From Candidatus Spyradocola sp. (GTDB lineage Bacteria; Bacillota; Clostridia; Christensenellales; UBA1750), in assembly GCA_034113365.1 (NCBI GenBank), contig JAXEXP010000158.1, forward strand, positions 1,759 through 65,758: a DNA stretch of 64,000 nt, read 5' to 3'. Shown here in pieces: positions 8,153 to 16,567 of this stretch (the first letter of the stretch is position 1; the number at the start of each line of letters is the position of its first letter). The notes below the pieces were generated by a model. That model was not told the origin of the DNA, ran no database searches, and saw only the letters and a list, made by a program, of their open reading frames with translations. The translations under genes and the position numbers were made by a program.

Positions 8153-11100
8153 TCAGTCCTCAAGCCAGCTGAGGATGCGTTCTTGCGTATAATACAACCT
8201 TCCCTTCGCATCATAAACGTTGATTTTCTTCAGCGTATCAACCAGCTTGTTGTACTCTTCCGTGTTGCCGTTCTGATATGCATCTATGATGAGCGGCTTG
8301 TACTTGCTCGTCAGGCTGCTCTTGATGCTCTCATCACTCACGCCATTCTTCTTCAGCAACACAATTTCTTCGTTCACACTCCTCCAGTCTCCGCTATCCA
8401 TATAGGCATACAGATCCTGCCGGATCTCATTGTTCTTCCAGTTCTCTGCATCCTTCTTGTCATATCCGGCGATGCTCAGCACGCGCACCGCCTGCGCATC
8501 ACTGGCATCTCCAGATACGGCAAGAAATGCTTTCTTTGCCGCAGCTTTTATGTAATCCTCCGGGGCCTGCGGAATGATCTGCCAATAGGTATCGCTCTGT
8601 TCCTGTATTACCTGGCTGATCTCCTCCACAGGGGTCATATCTCCAGTAACCATTGCCTCCTCAAATGCTTTCTGCAGGTCGTCTTTCGTCCACTGCTCCG
8701 GATTATACGGTTTGCTCTCCACTACGCCGTCGTCCTCCAGTTCGTTTATCGCGCTGTTTACAGCGCCATGGATCGCCGCCTCCGGAAATCCCTGCTTCAC
8801 CAATTCAGTGTAAAGTGCTGTGTACGCTTCATAATCCCATTCATTTACTCGGTATTCAGCCATCCGGGTGATGCGTTCATTGCCCAGCAGCTTTTTTCTC
8901 ACCTCATTTCCTCTCCTTGTGCTGGTTTTCAAATCCTTCGGAATATGCCGCTTGCTTCTAAGCGGAGACATGATCCAATCGCTCAAAGATGTTGCGGACT
9001 CAATCACTTCGTTCCGGTAATCTCGTCTTTTGCCCTCATTCGCTGCATTTGCTTTACCAGCCACACGTTCATCCTTTACCAGCTGTTTGAGCTCACGGAC
9101 TTGGGCTTCCAATGCCGAAATCCGGGTGTCGGAGCGCGCCTGCTGCTGCGCGAGCTTTTCATTGGCCAACAGCTGGTGCTGCCTTACCAGCTCTTTCGCG
9201 CGCTGCTTTGCGGCCTGCAGCTGCTCCTGCGCCCTCTGCCGTTCCTTTGCACGCAGCCTGCCTTCTGCGACACGCTCGGCGGTTTTGACGTCCTCCACCG
9301 CCTTTTTGTACTGCTCGGAGAGCGCCGCGCGCTTTGCCTGGTTCTCCGCCTTGACCGCCTTGAGCCGCTCCTCATACCTGTCCTTCGCCTCCTGCCGCAT
9401 CCTGCGCAGGTTCTCCGCCTGCTCGGCGCGCAGCGCATCCAGCCTGGCCTTCTGCCTGTCCGCGTAGGTGCGGTTGACGGGCAGGTTTGCGTACTCCTGC
9501 TGCATCGTCAGCCACAGATCGGCGGCCGCCTCATCCAGATTATAGCCGTAAGGGTTGACCAGCTGCGGCCGGGTCAGCTCCGCAGCGCGCACAAGGCTCT
9601 CCAGCATATCCGTACCGTCCGTGTCGAACAGCCAGGGGTATGCGTCGTGCAGCTCGCCCCAGGCCACGTCCAGCGGCACGCCGTCGCGCGTCAGCTTGAT
9701 GGTGCCGAAAACCTGCCGGCGGAAGTCGTTGTAGCTGCCGTACATCGCAGCGGCCTCGGCCTTCTGGTCCTCATTGAGCGACAGTCCGGTGTTCCGCAGG
9801 TAATCCTTCAGCTCCGTCAGCTGGTCGGACACCGTGGTGTCCATCTGCTTCGACTGCCTGAGCACCTTCTTTGCCAGGCCGATGCCCACGTCGTCGATCT
9901 CCCGCAGCGCCTCCTCGCTGTTCTCAGCCGTCGCCGCATAGGTATAGATCTGCTCAAGCTCCCCCGCCAGCGAAGCAGCGTCGTACCTGCTGTGCGTGTC
10001 CCGCACGATCTTTCGAGCCAGCTTCTCCACCGCCTGCGCGGAAACCTGGTTTCCGCCCGTCAGCCGCAGCTGTGCACGCGCATTCTCCAGCGCCGCCTTG
10101 AGCCGAGCGTTCTCCTTCTCCAGCCGCTGCGTGTCCTCCGGCGTCACGTCCTTGACGGAGAACTTTATTCCACCGACAAGTTCTTTGTAGGGAACACCCG
10201 TTATCTTGACTTCATCATCCGTCTCTGCTATACTGCCTATGGAACCATAGTGCGCCGATATCAATGGCAATTGGAGCCGGCGATCCACCAGCCACTTATT
10301 GGTTCTTTCTTTATCCTCATTCAGATACAGAACATCACTGTTTTCAACCTGTCCGGCCAATCCTCTGCCCTTTGCATAGGCATTCTTGATCAGCTGTACA
10401 TCCTCAACTTCAGTAGGACGACCAGGCGTAGAGAACTTCATGTTCACCGCCATCAAGATCGGATAGCCGTTACTGTCCGTAAGGTCTCCATACACCACAA
10501 CCGTCTGCGGCCTGTCGCCGGGGTTATTGGTGTTCGGTGCGACTCTGCTTTTCAGCACGATCACAGGATTCTCAAGCGCGTCAGGCACCTGCTTCAAAAG
10601 AGCATCTGTCATTTCGGGATGTCCCTTCATCGCATGATTGATGCTGGCACCTTGCATAACGGTTTTTTTCTTTCGTGCGCCAAGATCTTGCAACACATCA
10701 GGTGTGGTGCCTACTTCGATAATGGCATTGTCATCACGTCCGTTGTTCGCCCACTGATCATAATCCGTCGCAAACTGATCGCGTACAGACAGCTTCAGGC
10801 CATTCTTCGGCTTCAGCGTCTGCGAGATCTCGTCCACAACTCCGCGCTTGAAACCGTACTTCTCCAGATCGATCGGGCCGCCCTGGCGTGCCATAGGCTC
10901 TACACCCGCATCGCGCAGGATTGCATCTGTCTCAGCATCGTCCAGAATTCTGTGCACCTTCATTGCGCCCGTGATGATCCAAGGCACGGTGTCAGGGCGG
11001 GGATTCGTTCTGTAGCGGTAGTATCCAGCCGTCCCATCCGCTTCTCTGGGCAGCCGAGGCAGGCCTGCAAGAGAGTGCTGGAACTTTCCGTTCTTGTTGT

Positions 11101-11788
11101 ACCCATAGGACATTGCCTCATCCTGATAGTCAATGTCAGCGGCGCAATCGCATTCTGCCCACACGAAGTTGGCGGGGAACAGCTCCTTCTTTCCCGTATC
11201 CGGGTTCATTCTGGCAAACTGGGTAGCCATAGGCAAGTCGCCAAGATGCCACCCAGGGCGATATGCGAGCTGCTGTTTCGATGCCTGTGTTCCCTTCCCT
11301 CCTGCCTGCACCTGCATTCTTCCTGTTTTGCTGTCCGCTGCGCGAGGCGCAGCATCCGCGTTCAGCCATACTCCCACAGGGGTGGCTTCACCGCCCGGAT
11401 TTGCAACCATAGGCGGATATAATTCGCCAGGTTTGTTCTCAAATACGACAAACACCTTGTATCCGAGGATCGTCTTTTTCGGAGGATCTTCGTCTCTTAC
11501 AGAAAACTGCAGGTTTTTGTCAGAAAATTCATTGCGCTGCTGGACTTCTGTCTCATTGACAACAGCATCATTCTCTGCTATGCTAGAGGTAGGCAGAGAA
11601 GCAAGATGCGGTTCGGACGTAGACGCGGGGGTTCGGTTTTCACCGGGCATCATCTCGACTTGCGTAATGCCTTTTTTGTTTATATAGGCGGTTTCTACCC
11701 ACAATTTACGCCATTTCGAGTCAACGACCGCTTCCGACAGGAAGTATGTGCCGTTGATTTTCTTCTTTACGACAACAAGTGGAGACAT
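8153..11788 (-). CDS. Giant polyvalent-type mobile-element protein (1211 aa); probably a 5'-truncated remnant
   Basis: The multi-domain sequence includes GYKVF..LYPPMV..AYRPGWH..VWAEC and INHAMKGHPEMTDALLKQVPDALENPVIVLKS...PILMAVNM...VQLIKNAYAKGRG, followed by a long E/K/R/Q coiled coil. The first about 40 aa (SPLVVVKKKINGTYFLSEAVVDSKWRKLWVETAYINKKG) align only to the second half of the internal module. There is no RBS, and an in-frame TAA lies 5 codons upstream. Confidence 0.75.
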   Translation of the reverse strand: MSPLVVVKKKINGTYFLSEAVVDSKWRKLWVETAYINKKGITQVEMMPGENRTPASTSEPHLASLPTSSIAENDAVVNETEVQQRNEFSDKNLQFSVRDEDPPKKTILGYKVFVVFENKPGELYPPMVANPGGEATPVGVWLNADAAPRAADSKTGRMQVQAGGKGTQASKQQLAYRPGWHLGDLPMATQFARMNPDTGKKELFPANFVWAECDCAADIDYQDEAMSYGYNKNGKFQHSLAGLPRLPREADGTAGYYRYRTNPRPDTVPWIITGAMKVHRILDDAETDAILRDAGVEPMARQGGPIDLEKYGFKRGVVDEISQTLKPKNGLKLSVRDQFATDYDQWANNGRDDNAIIEVGTTPDVLQDLGARKKKTVMQGASINHAMKGHPEMTDALLKQVPDALENPVIVLKSRVAPNTNNPGDRPQTVVVYGDLTDSNGYPILMAVNMKFSTPGRPTEVEDVQLIKNAYAKGRGLAGQVENSDVLYLNEDKERTNKWLVDRRLQLPLISAHYGSIGSIAETDDEVKITGVPYKELVGGIKFSVKDVTPEDTQRLEKENARLKAALENARAQLRLTGGNQVSAQAVEKLARKIVRDTHSRYDAASLAGELEQIYTYAATAENSEEALREIDDVGIGLAKKVLRQSKQMDTTVSDQLTELKDYLRNTGLSLNEDQKAEAAAMYGSYNDFRRQVFGTIKLTRDGVPLDVAWGELHDAYPWLFDTDGTDMLESLVRAAELTRPQLVNPYGYNLDEAAADLWLTMQQEYANLPVNRTYADRQKARLDALRAEQAENLRRMRQEAKDRYEERLKAVKAENQAKRAALSEQYKKAVEDVKTAERVAEGRLRAKERQRAQEQLQAAKQRAKELVRQHQLLANEKLAQQQARSDTRISALEAQVRELKQLVKDERVAGKANAANEGKRRDYRNEVIESATSLSDWIMSPLRSKRHIPKDLKTSTRRGNEVRKKLLGNERITRMAEYRVNEWDYEAYTALYTELVKQGFPEAAIHGAVNSAINELEDDGVVESKPYNPEQWTKDDLQKAFEEAMVTGDMTPVEEISQVIQEQSDTYWQIIPQAPEDYIKAAAKKAFLAVSGDASDAQAVRVLSIAGYDKKDAENWKNNEIRQDLYAYMDSGDWRSVNEEIVLLKKNGVSDESIKSSLTSKYKPLIIDAYQNGNTEEYNKLVDTLKKINVYDAKGRLYYTQERILSWLED

Positions 11789-11821
11789 GTTATTCTGGGA
11801 ATCTTACGACGTGTTTTTTGA

Positions 11822-11865
11822 AGAATAAAAAATGCCGCCCGCGTCTGTCTGCGAACGCGAGCGGC
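11822..11865 (-). terminator. Minus-strand intrinsic terminator immediately upstream of the giant ORF
   Basis: On the minus strand: GCCGCTCGCG-(12 nt)-CGCGGGCGGC followed by ATTTTTTATTC. Confidence 0.5.
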
Positions 11866-11991
11866 TGGAGGTAAGAGAAAAAGGGGGTGATGCACCGCGC
11901 CCAAGCCCTGCAGCGCGATACACATTGAGATTTCGTGCACCTATATTCTATCACATTTACGCTCTTTATGCCACAAAAGAAGGTGAACAAC

Positions 11992-13155
11992 ATGGCAGAA
12001 AGAAAAAACGAGGCGGTCTGGCTGGAAAAGTATGGCCGCTGGCAGATCAAGGTGCAATTTGATGGGGAACGTCGCACATTCTCCAGCTCGACGCCCGGCC
12101 GAAAAGGGAAAATCGAAGCGGAAAAGAAGGCCGACGCATGGCTCACAACGGGGCACGCCAGCGGAAACGTCCGTCTGGGCAAGCTGTGGGACGAATACGT
12201 CGCAGATCTCCTGGATCGTTTCGGCGAAACCGGCACATCCTACCGGCAGCCCGAGCTGATGGGCAGACGTTACATCGTGCCGCGCCTGCAATACAAGCGG
12301 ATCAGCTCCATCACGCCGAAGGATTGGCAGGATTGCATCGATGCAGCGTATCGGGAGAGCAAAGCCAGAGGCAAGCCCCTGTCCGAGAAAACGCTCAAAG
12401 TGCTGCGCGCCACCATTACATCCTTCTGGAAATACTGTCGCAGCCGCCGCATACCCATTGATTACCATCGGGATGAGGACGGGCCGCTGACCATTCCGCG
12501 CGATGCCGTCACGGTGGAAAAGTCCATCCTGACGCCAGATGATGTGCGCACTCTCTTTGCAGTTGATACCATCCCGCACCGCGGCAAGCAGGAACCCTGC
12601 TGGTACATCCACGCATGGCGCCTCCTCGTCACCACGGGCTTGCGTCCTGGTGAACTCACAGGCCTCCAATGGGAGGATATATCCGACACACGACTTTCCG
12701 TCCGGCGATCCGTCAACGCGCTGGGAGAGATCACCTCGGGGAAAAACAAGAACGCCCGTCGTGTGATCGAGCTGCCGGCCATCGCAAAGGACATCCTCGC
12801 TGCCCAGCGACAGATGCTCCAGTCCTCCGGTATCATCTCACCGTGGATTTTCCCGGCACATGATGGAGCTGTCAGCGAGCCGCGCAACATCTACCGGCAA
12901 TGGCAGACATACTGCCGTTTGCATGGCATGACACAGACCAGCCTATACGAGCTGAGGCACACCATGATCTCCATCAACGTGGAGATGCCGGAAGCGCTGC
13001 TGCAGCAGATGGTCGGTCATAGCCGCAGCATGGATACCCGCGGCACATACGGGCATGCAATAGACGATTTCAGGCATGATACCGCACAGAAAGTAGATGC
13101 TGCATTGGGAAAAATCATACAAGTGGGTTACAAAGTGGGTTTCGACGAAAAGTAA
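11992..13155 (+). CDS. int: Tyrosine site-specific integrase
   Basis: Start at ATG 11992. The C-terminal catalytic pattern is ...GLRPGEL...LYELRHTMIS...MVGHSRSMDTRGTYGH (R..H-x-x-R..Y). It is adjacent to a tRNA 3' end. Confidence 0.9.
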   Translation: MAERKNEAVWLEKYGRWQIKVQFDGERRTFSSSTPGRKGKIEAEKKADAWLTTGHASGNVRLGKLWDEYVADLLDRFGETGTSYRQPELMGRRYIVPRLQYKRISSITPKDWQDCIDAAYRESKARGKPLSEKTLKVLRATITSFWKYCRSRRIPIDYHRDEDGPLTIPRDAVTVEKSILTPDDVRTLFAVDTIPHRGKQEPCWYIHAWRLLVTTGLRPGELTGLQWEDISDTRLSVRRSVNALGEITSGKNKNARRVIELPAIAKDILAAQRQMLQSSGIISPWIFPAHDGAVSEPRNIYRQWQTYCRLHGMTQTSLYELRHTMISINVEMPEALLQQMVGHSRSMDTRGTYGHAIDDFRHDTAQKVDAALGKIIQVGYKVGFDEK

Positions 13156-13188
13156 AGCGCCTGAAATCCTCGATTTCAGGCGCTTTTT
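13156..13188 (+). terminator. Intrinsic terminator of int
   Basis: AGCGCCTGAAATC-CTC-GATTTCAGGCGCT followed by TTTT. Confidence 0.75.
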
Positions 13189-13189
13189 C

Positions 13190-13266
13190 TGGTGGGGTTA
13201 AATGGACTCGAACCATCGACCTTCACGATGTCAACGTGACACTCTAACCAACTGAGCTATAACCCC
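13190..13266 (-). tRNA. tRNA-Val (anticodon GAC)
   Basis: The reverse complement GGGGTTATAGCTCAGTTGGTTAGAGTGTCACGTTGACATCGTGAAGGTCGATGGTTCGAGTCCATTTAACCCCACCA folds as a cloverleaf. The anticodon loop is TTGACAT and the CCA is encoded. Confidence 0.9.
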
Positions 13267-13278
13267 GTTGCTCTTAAT

Positions 13279-13306
13279 ATTATACACATTTCAGTAAAAA
13301 ATGCAA
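13279..13306 (-). promoter_or_regulatory. Promoter of tRNA-Val
   Basis: Minus strand: TTGCAT, 16-nt spacer, TATAAT, about 12 nt upstream of the tRNA 5' end. Confidence 0.5.
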
Positions 13307-13403
13307 TACCCAAAATCAACTTTTTTTAAGTTTTCCAAAAAGCCCTTGATACTGGGATTTTTTGTGATATACTGTGTTTGTAATCGAAAGGAGGTTGTTA
13401 CTT

Positions 13404-13631
13404 ATGAAGTCGGTTACCATCCACCTGTCTCTGGCGGAAAACGTAAAGGATTTCGTCAACGTCGTCAGCAAGTATCCCTACGACATCGATCTTCGTTCCG
13501 GTCGTCACGTTGTTGATGCGAAGTCCATCCTGGGCATCTTCAGCCTCGACCTGAACAAGCCCATCACCATGGAAGTTTACGAGAACGACTGTGAGGATCT
13601 CCTGGAGGAGATCAAGCCTTTCATCGTGTAG
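13404..13631 (+). CDS. HPr-like protein (HPr fold; active-site His apparently missing)
   Basis: Start at ATG 13404 (RBS AAAGGAGG). VVDAKSILGIFSLDL matches the HPr Ser46 region. The GxHARPA His15 region is replaced by SLAENVKD. Confidence 0.75.
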   Translation: MKSVTIHLSLAENVKDFVNVVSKYPYDIDLRSGRHVVDAKSILGIFSLDLNKPITMEVYENDCEDLLEEIKPFIV

Positions 13632-13711
13632 GCTTCCGACAACGCGCCTTATCCCTAACCGGAGGGCGTATCACCTGAAAATACAGCCGCCGTGCGGCTC
13701 ATACCACAACG

Positions 13712-13768
13712 CAAAGCGCGGAAGGAAAGATCACCCGATCCCTCCTTCCGCGCTTTGCTTGCTTTTCT
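13712..13768 (+). terminator. Intrinsic terminator after the HPr-like gene
   Basis: CAAAGCGCGGAAGGA...TCCTTCCGCGCTTTG followed by CTTGCTTTTCT. Confidence 0.65.
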
Positions 13769-13849
13769 ATTCGCATTGACCCCCGAACCGGGATATGCTA
13801 TACTGATAGGTACAAAAGCTGTAAATTACATCAATGAGGTGAGCATTTC

Positions 13850-14503
13850 ATGGCCAGTTACCGCAACGGGATCGAGACGCGCAAGGCGCTGTACGGCTCC
13901 GCCCGGCGCAACTTTGCGCAGCACGGCTATTTCGGCGCCTCCATCCAGGGCATCGTGCGCGACGCCAACGCAAAGCTGGGTCTGTTCACCTATTATTTCG
14001 AGAGCAAGGAGTCCCTCGCGCTGCAGATCCTCTCCGAGCTGCAGCACAATGTGCGCGATTATGTCGCCGCACAGCCCGCCGCCTCTGCGCTGGAGGGGCT
14101 GTCGCTGGCGCTGCTGCACGCCCGCGTCTGGCTCGCGCTGCAGACCCGCGAGGTCAGCGTCCAGCGCTTCGTGCGCGAGCTGTGCACCTGCAACGCCTAT
14201 CTTCAGCAAGCGGAGGCCGCGCTGCGCGCGCTGTGGCAGCGCCTGCACCCCTCCGCCCCCGTCACCGATTTCATCGTGCTGGGCTGCTCCATGGCCACCG
14301 GCATGCTGCGCCAGTTCGAGCAGGACCTGCCCCTGCTGCAGCTGAGCTGCCCCCTGGAGGACGCGCTGGACCGCGTGCTGACCGCCGCCTTCTCGCTGCT
14401 CGAGTGCGACGCGCCCCGCCTCCGCGACGCCGTCTCCGCCTCGCGGTGCGCCGCGCAGCACATCTCTCCCCGCATCGGCGCGGACTTCACCGTACTCGCT
14501 TAA
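13850..14503 (+). CDS. TetR/AcrR family transcriptional regulator
   Basis: 217 aa. The N-terminal HTH is TRKALYGSARRNFAQHGYFGASIQGIVRDANAKLGLFTYYFESKE. Upstream promoter is TTGACC-17-TATACT, with the inverted repeat TGTAA-A-TTACA (13822-13832) as an operator candidate. Confidence 0.85.
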   Translation: MASYRNGIETRKALYGSARRNFAQHGYFGASIQGIVRDANAKLGLFTYYFESKESLALQILSELQHNVRDYVAAQPAASALEGLSLALLHARVWLALQTREVSVQRFVRELCTCNAYLQQAEAALRALWQRLHPSAPVTDFIVLGCSMATGMLRQFEQDLPLLQLSCPLEDALDRVLTAAFSLLECDAPRLRDAVSASRCAAQHISPRIGADFTVLA

Positions 14504-14560
14504 CCCATTTCTAACACACAGCGGCCCCAAAAGCTGATATACTGGGTACCATAAACGAAT

Positions 14561-14600
14561 AGACGGTTCGTGACCATCCCGTCGTTAAACAAAACTACGG
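14561..14600 (+). promoter_or_regulatory. preQ1-I riboswitch aptamer
   Basis: AGACGG-UUCGUGACCAUC-CCGUC-GUUAAACAAAACUACGG. It has a 5-bp P1 stem and the A-rich tail UUAAACAAAACUA-GG typical of the class. It lies upstream of queT. Confidence 0.75.
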
Positions 14601-14683
14601 ATTTTGCATCCGCCTGCAGGCTTGCGGCGCGTCTGTGCACGCGCGCCCACCCGCAGGCTGTTGTCTGCGTATTTTTGCGCCAC

Positions 14684-14723
14684 AAAGGGGAGCGGTCACA
14701 GCGGCCGCTCCCCTCGTTTTGTG
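14684..14723 (+). terminator. Leader terminator (putative expression platform) upstream of queT
   Basis: AAAGGGGAGCGG-(9 nt)-CCGCTCCCCT followed by CGTTTTGTG, 38 nt before the queT start. Confidence 0.6.
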
Positions 14724-14760
14724 CGATCAAAATCCTTTCAGAAACAGGAGTGTTGTCCAA

Positions 14761-15240
14761 ATGAAACTCACCACCCGCAGACTCGTTCGCGGCGCGCTCA
14801 TCGCCGCGCTGTACGCCGTGCTGTGCATGGCCTTCTTCTCCATCTCCTATGGCGACGTGCAGTTCCGCATCAGCGAGGCGCTCACCGTGCTGCCCATCCT
14901 CATGCCCGAGGCCATCCCCGGCCTGTTCGTGGGCTGCCTGCTGAGCAACGTGCTGGGCGGCTATGGCGTGATGGACATCGTGTTCGGCTCGCTGGCCACG
15001 CTGCTCGCCTCCCTGGCCACCTATTTCATGCGCAAGCTGCCCGCCTGGATCGCCGTGCTGCCCGTGGTGGTGGTCAACGCGCTGGTCGTGGGCTACTTTA
15101 CGCTCCACCTGGCCGCCGGCCTGCCCTTCTGGCCCTCCGCGCTGTCCGTGGGCCTGGGCGAAGCCGTGGTGGTCTACGTGCTCGGCCTGCCGCTGCACTA
15201 CGCCCTCAAAAAGTTCCTCCCCGAAAAATTCCTCCACTGA
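14761..15240 (+). CDS. queT: Queuosine-precursor transporter QueT (ECF S-component-like)
   Basis: Start at ATG 14761 (AGGAG RBS). 159 aa, polytopic. MKLTTRRLVRGALIAALYAVLCMAF...FRISEALTVLP is typical of QueT. Confidence 0.85.
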   Translation: MKLTTRRLVRGALIAALYAVLCMAFFSISYGDVQFRISEALTVLPILMPEAIPGLFVGCLLSNVLGGYGVMDIVFGSLATLLASLATYFMRKLPAWIAVLPVVVVNALVVGYFTLHLAAGLPFWPSALSVGLGEAVVVYVLGLPLHYALKKFLPEKFLH

Positions 15241-15302
15241 TCCCCCAAAATGACGCACCAAGCCCCGCTTTCTCTCTTCCCGGAAAGCGGGGCTTTTCCA
15301 TC

Positions 15303-16304
15303 CTATTCCGTTTCGATGCCGTACCTGCGCGCAATGCGCTCCACGTCCTGTCGCACCATCTGCCGCAGCGCCGCGGGCTCCAGCACCTCGCACAGCCCGG
15401 CGTACTGCAGCGCGAAGATGCGCATGTTCTCCAGCGACGACTCCAGCTGCACCACCATGTTCTCCCCGTCCGCCTCCGGCTCCATGCGCGCGTATTGCCC
15501 GAACGCGTCGTACACCTGCCCCGCCGCGCTCACGGGCATGCGCAGCCGCACGCGCATCACCTCGCCGCTGAACATGTACCGGTGCTCCGCCGCGTACTTC
15601 GCCATGTCCACCCCGCCGCGGAAGTCCGGCAGGTCGTATGCCGTGCGCGCGGGCAGCTCCGTCACCTGAAGCCCGCTGATGTGGTCCACACGGAAGTGCC
15701 GCACCTCCTGCGCCCCGTCGTAGCACGCCAGCAGATAATACTGCCCCTGCGCGCAGATCAGCGCCAGCGGATGCGCCTGCCGCACACGCCCGTCGTCGTG
15801 CAGCTGCCCGTCCGTGCCCACACGGCTGTACAAAAACCGCACCTGCACGTGCGCCGCAATGGCCCCCGTCAGCGCGTCCATCCGCTCAAAAAAGTCCCGG
15901 TTGTGCGTGCGGTTCCACTTGTCCACCGCCTGCACGCCGCGCAGCCCGTCCGAAAACCCCGTCCGCCCCATGCCCTGCAGCTTTCCGATCAGCACGCGCG
16001 CCTCGTCCGAGGGAATGTACCGGCTCAGCAGTACGCTGTCGATGAGCACGCGCAGCTCCCCGTCGGAAAACACCGGCTCCAGATACGCGCCCTTGCCGCC
16101 CGGCCCCGTGCCGATGTCATACCCCAGCTCCCGCAGCAGCGACAGGTTGCGCGCCACCGCGTTGCGCCCCGCCTCCATCCCGAACTCCCCGCGCAGCCTG
16201 TCCTCGATCTGCTTGATCGTCATCGGCTTTTCCTGCGAGGAATGCCGCCGCAGCACCTCCAGTATGCACAGCGCCAGCCCCTTCTTGCCGCCCACAGCCG
16301 TCAT
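15303..16304 (-). CDS. HTH + WYL domain transcriptional regulator
   Basis: Start at ATG 16304 (RBS AAGGAGGGAG). The N-terminal wHTH is followed by RFLYSRVGTDGQ...YYLLACYDGAQEVRHFRVDHI (WYL-type beta-rich core). Confidence 0.85.
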   Translation of the reverse strand: MTAVGGKKGLALCILEVLRRHSSQEKPMTIKQIEDRLRGEFGMEAGRNAVARNLSLLRELGYDIGTGPGGKGAYLEPVFSDGELRVLIDSVLLSRYIPSDEARVLIGKLQGMGRTGFSDGLRGVQAVDKWNRTHNRDFFERMDALTGAIAAHVQVRFLYSRVGTDGQLHDDGRVRQAHPLALICAQGQYYLLACYDGAQEVRHFRVDHISGLQVTELPARTAYDLPDFRGGVDMAKYAAEHRYMFSGEVMRVRLRMPVSAAGQVYDAFGQYARMEPEADGENMVVQLESSLENMRIFALQYAGLCEVLEPAALRQMVRQDVERIARRYGIETE

Positions 16305-16440
16305 GCCCGCTCCCTCCTTTCCCCCATTATACACCCTCTCCCGCCAAAAAACACAGCGCCGCAGCGCATTTCACATGACGGAGCCATATTTCACGTCCGA
16401 AGGGCATTCCACAAATCCCGCAAGGGATTTATTTCGATAA

Positions 16441-16483
16441 AAAGAAACAGCCTTTATCCATAAAACAAAGGCTGTTTCTTTTC
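16441..16483 (-). terminator. Terminator downstream of the tRNA-Gln/Glu operon
   Basis: AAGAAACAGCCTTT-(13 nt)-AAAGGCTGTTTCTT with flanking T/A runs, directly after the tRNA-Glu 3' end. Confidence 0.7.
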
Positions 16484-16559
16484 TGGCACCTCCAAGGGGA
16501 TTCGAACCCCTGTTGCCGCCGTGAGAGGGCGGTGTCCTAGGCCACTAGACCATGGAGGC
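16484..16559 (-). tRNA. tRNA-Glu (anticodon CTC)
   Basis: Reverse complement GCCTCCATGGTCTAGTGGCCTAGGACACCGCCCTCTCACGGCGGCAACAGGGGTTCGAATCCCCTTGGAGGTGCCA. The anticodon loop is CTCTCAC. Confidence 0.9.
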
Positions 16560-16567
16560 ATATAAAA

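Larger units (their letters stand above)
1..13189. mobile_element. Integrated prophage-like element (right-hand part); the right boundary abuts the 3' end of tRNA-Val and the left end lies outside the window
   Basis: The integrase gene ends 35 nt from the tRNA-Val CCA end. The region also holds phage fibre/lysin genes, a TA module and a polyvalent-type protein. No second att repeat is visible inside the window. Confidence 0.6.

Noticed and set aside
8183-11422. A 1079-aa ORF on the plus strand, antisense to the giant gene
   Set aside because: It is the codon-for-codon mirror frame of the 1211-aa gene. Stops arise there only from sense TTA, CTA or TCA codons, which this genome avoids. The product is low-complexity and L/R/I/H-rich, has no RBS and no recognisable motif. 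The sense protein has clear domain structure.
14500-16463. The 408-aa (minus) and 619-aa (plus) ORFs spanning queT and the WYL gene
   Set aside because: They overlap better-supported genes in other frames or on the other strand, and their products are R/A/H/G-rich low-complexity sequences.
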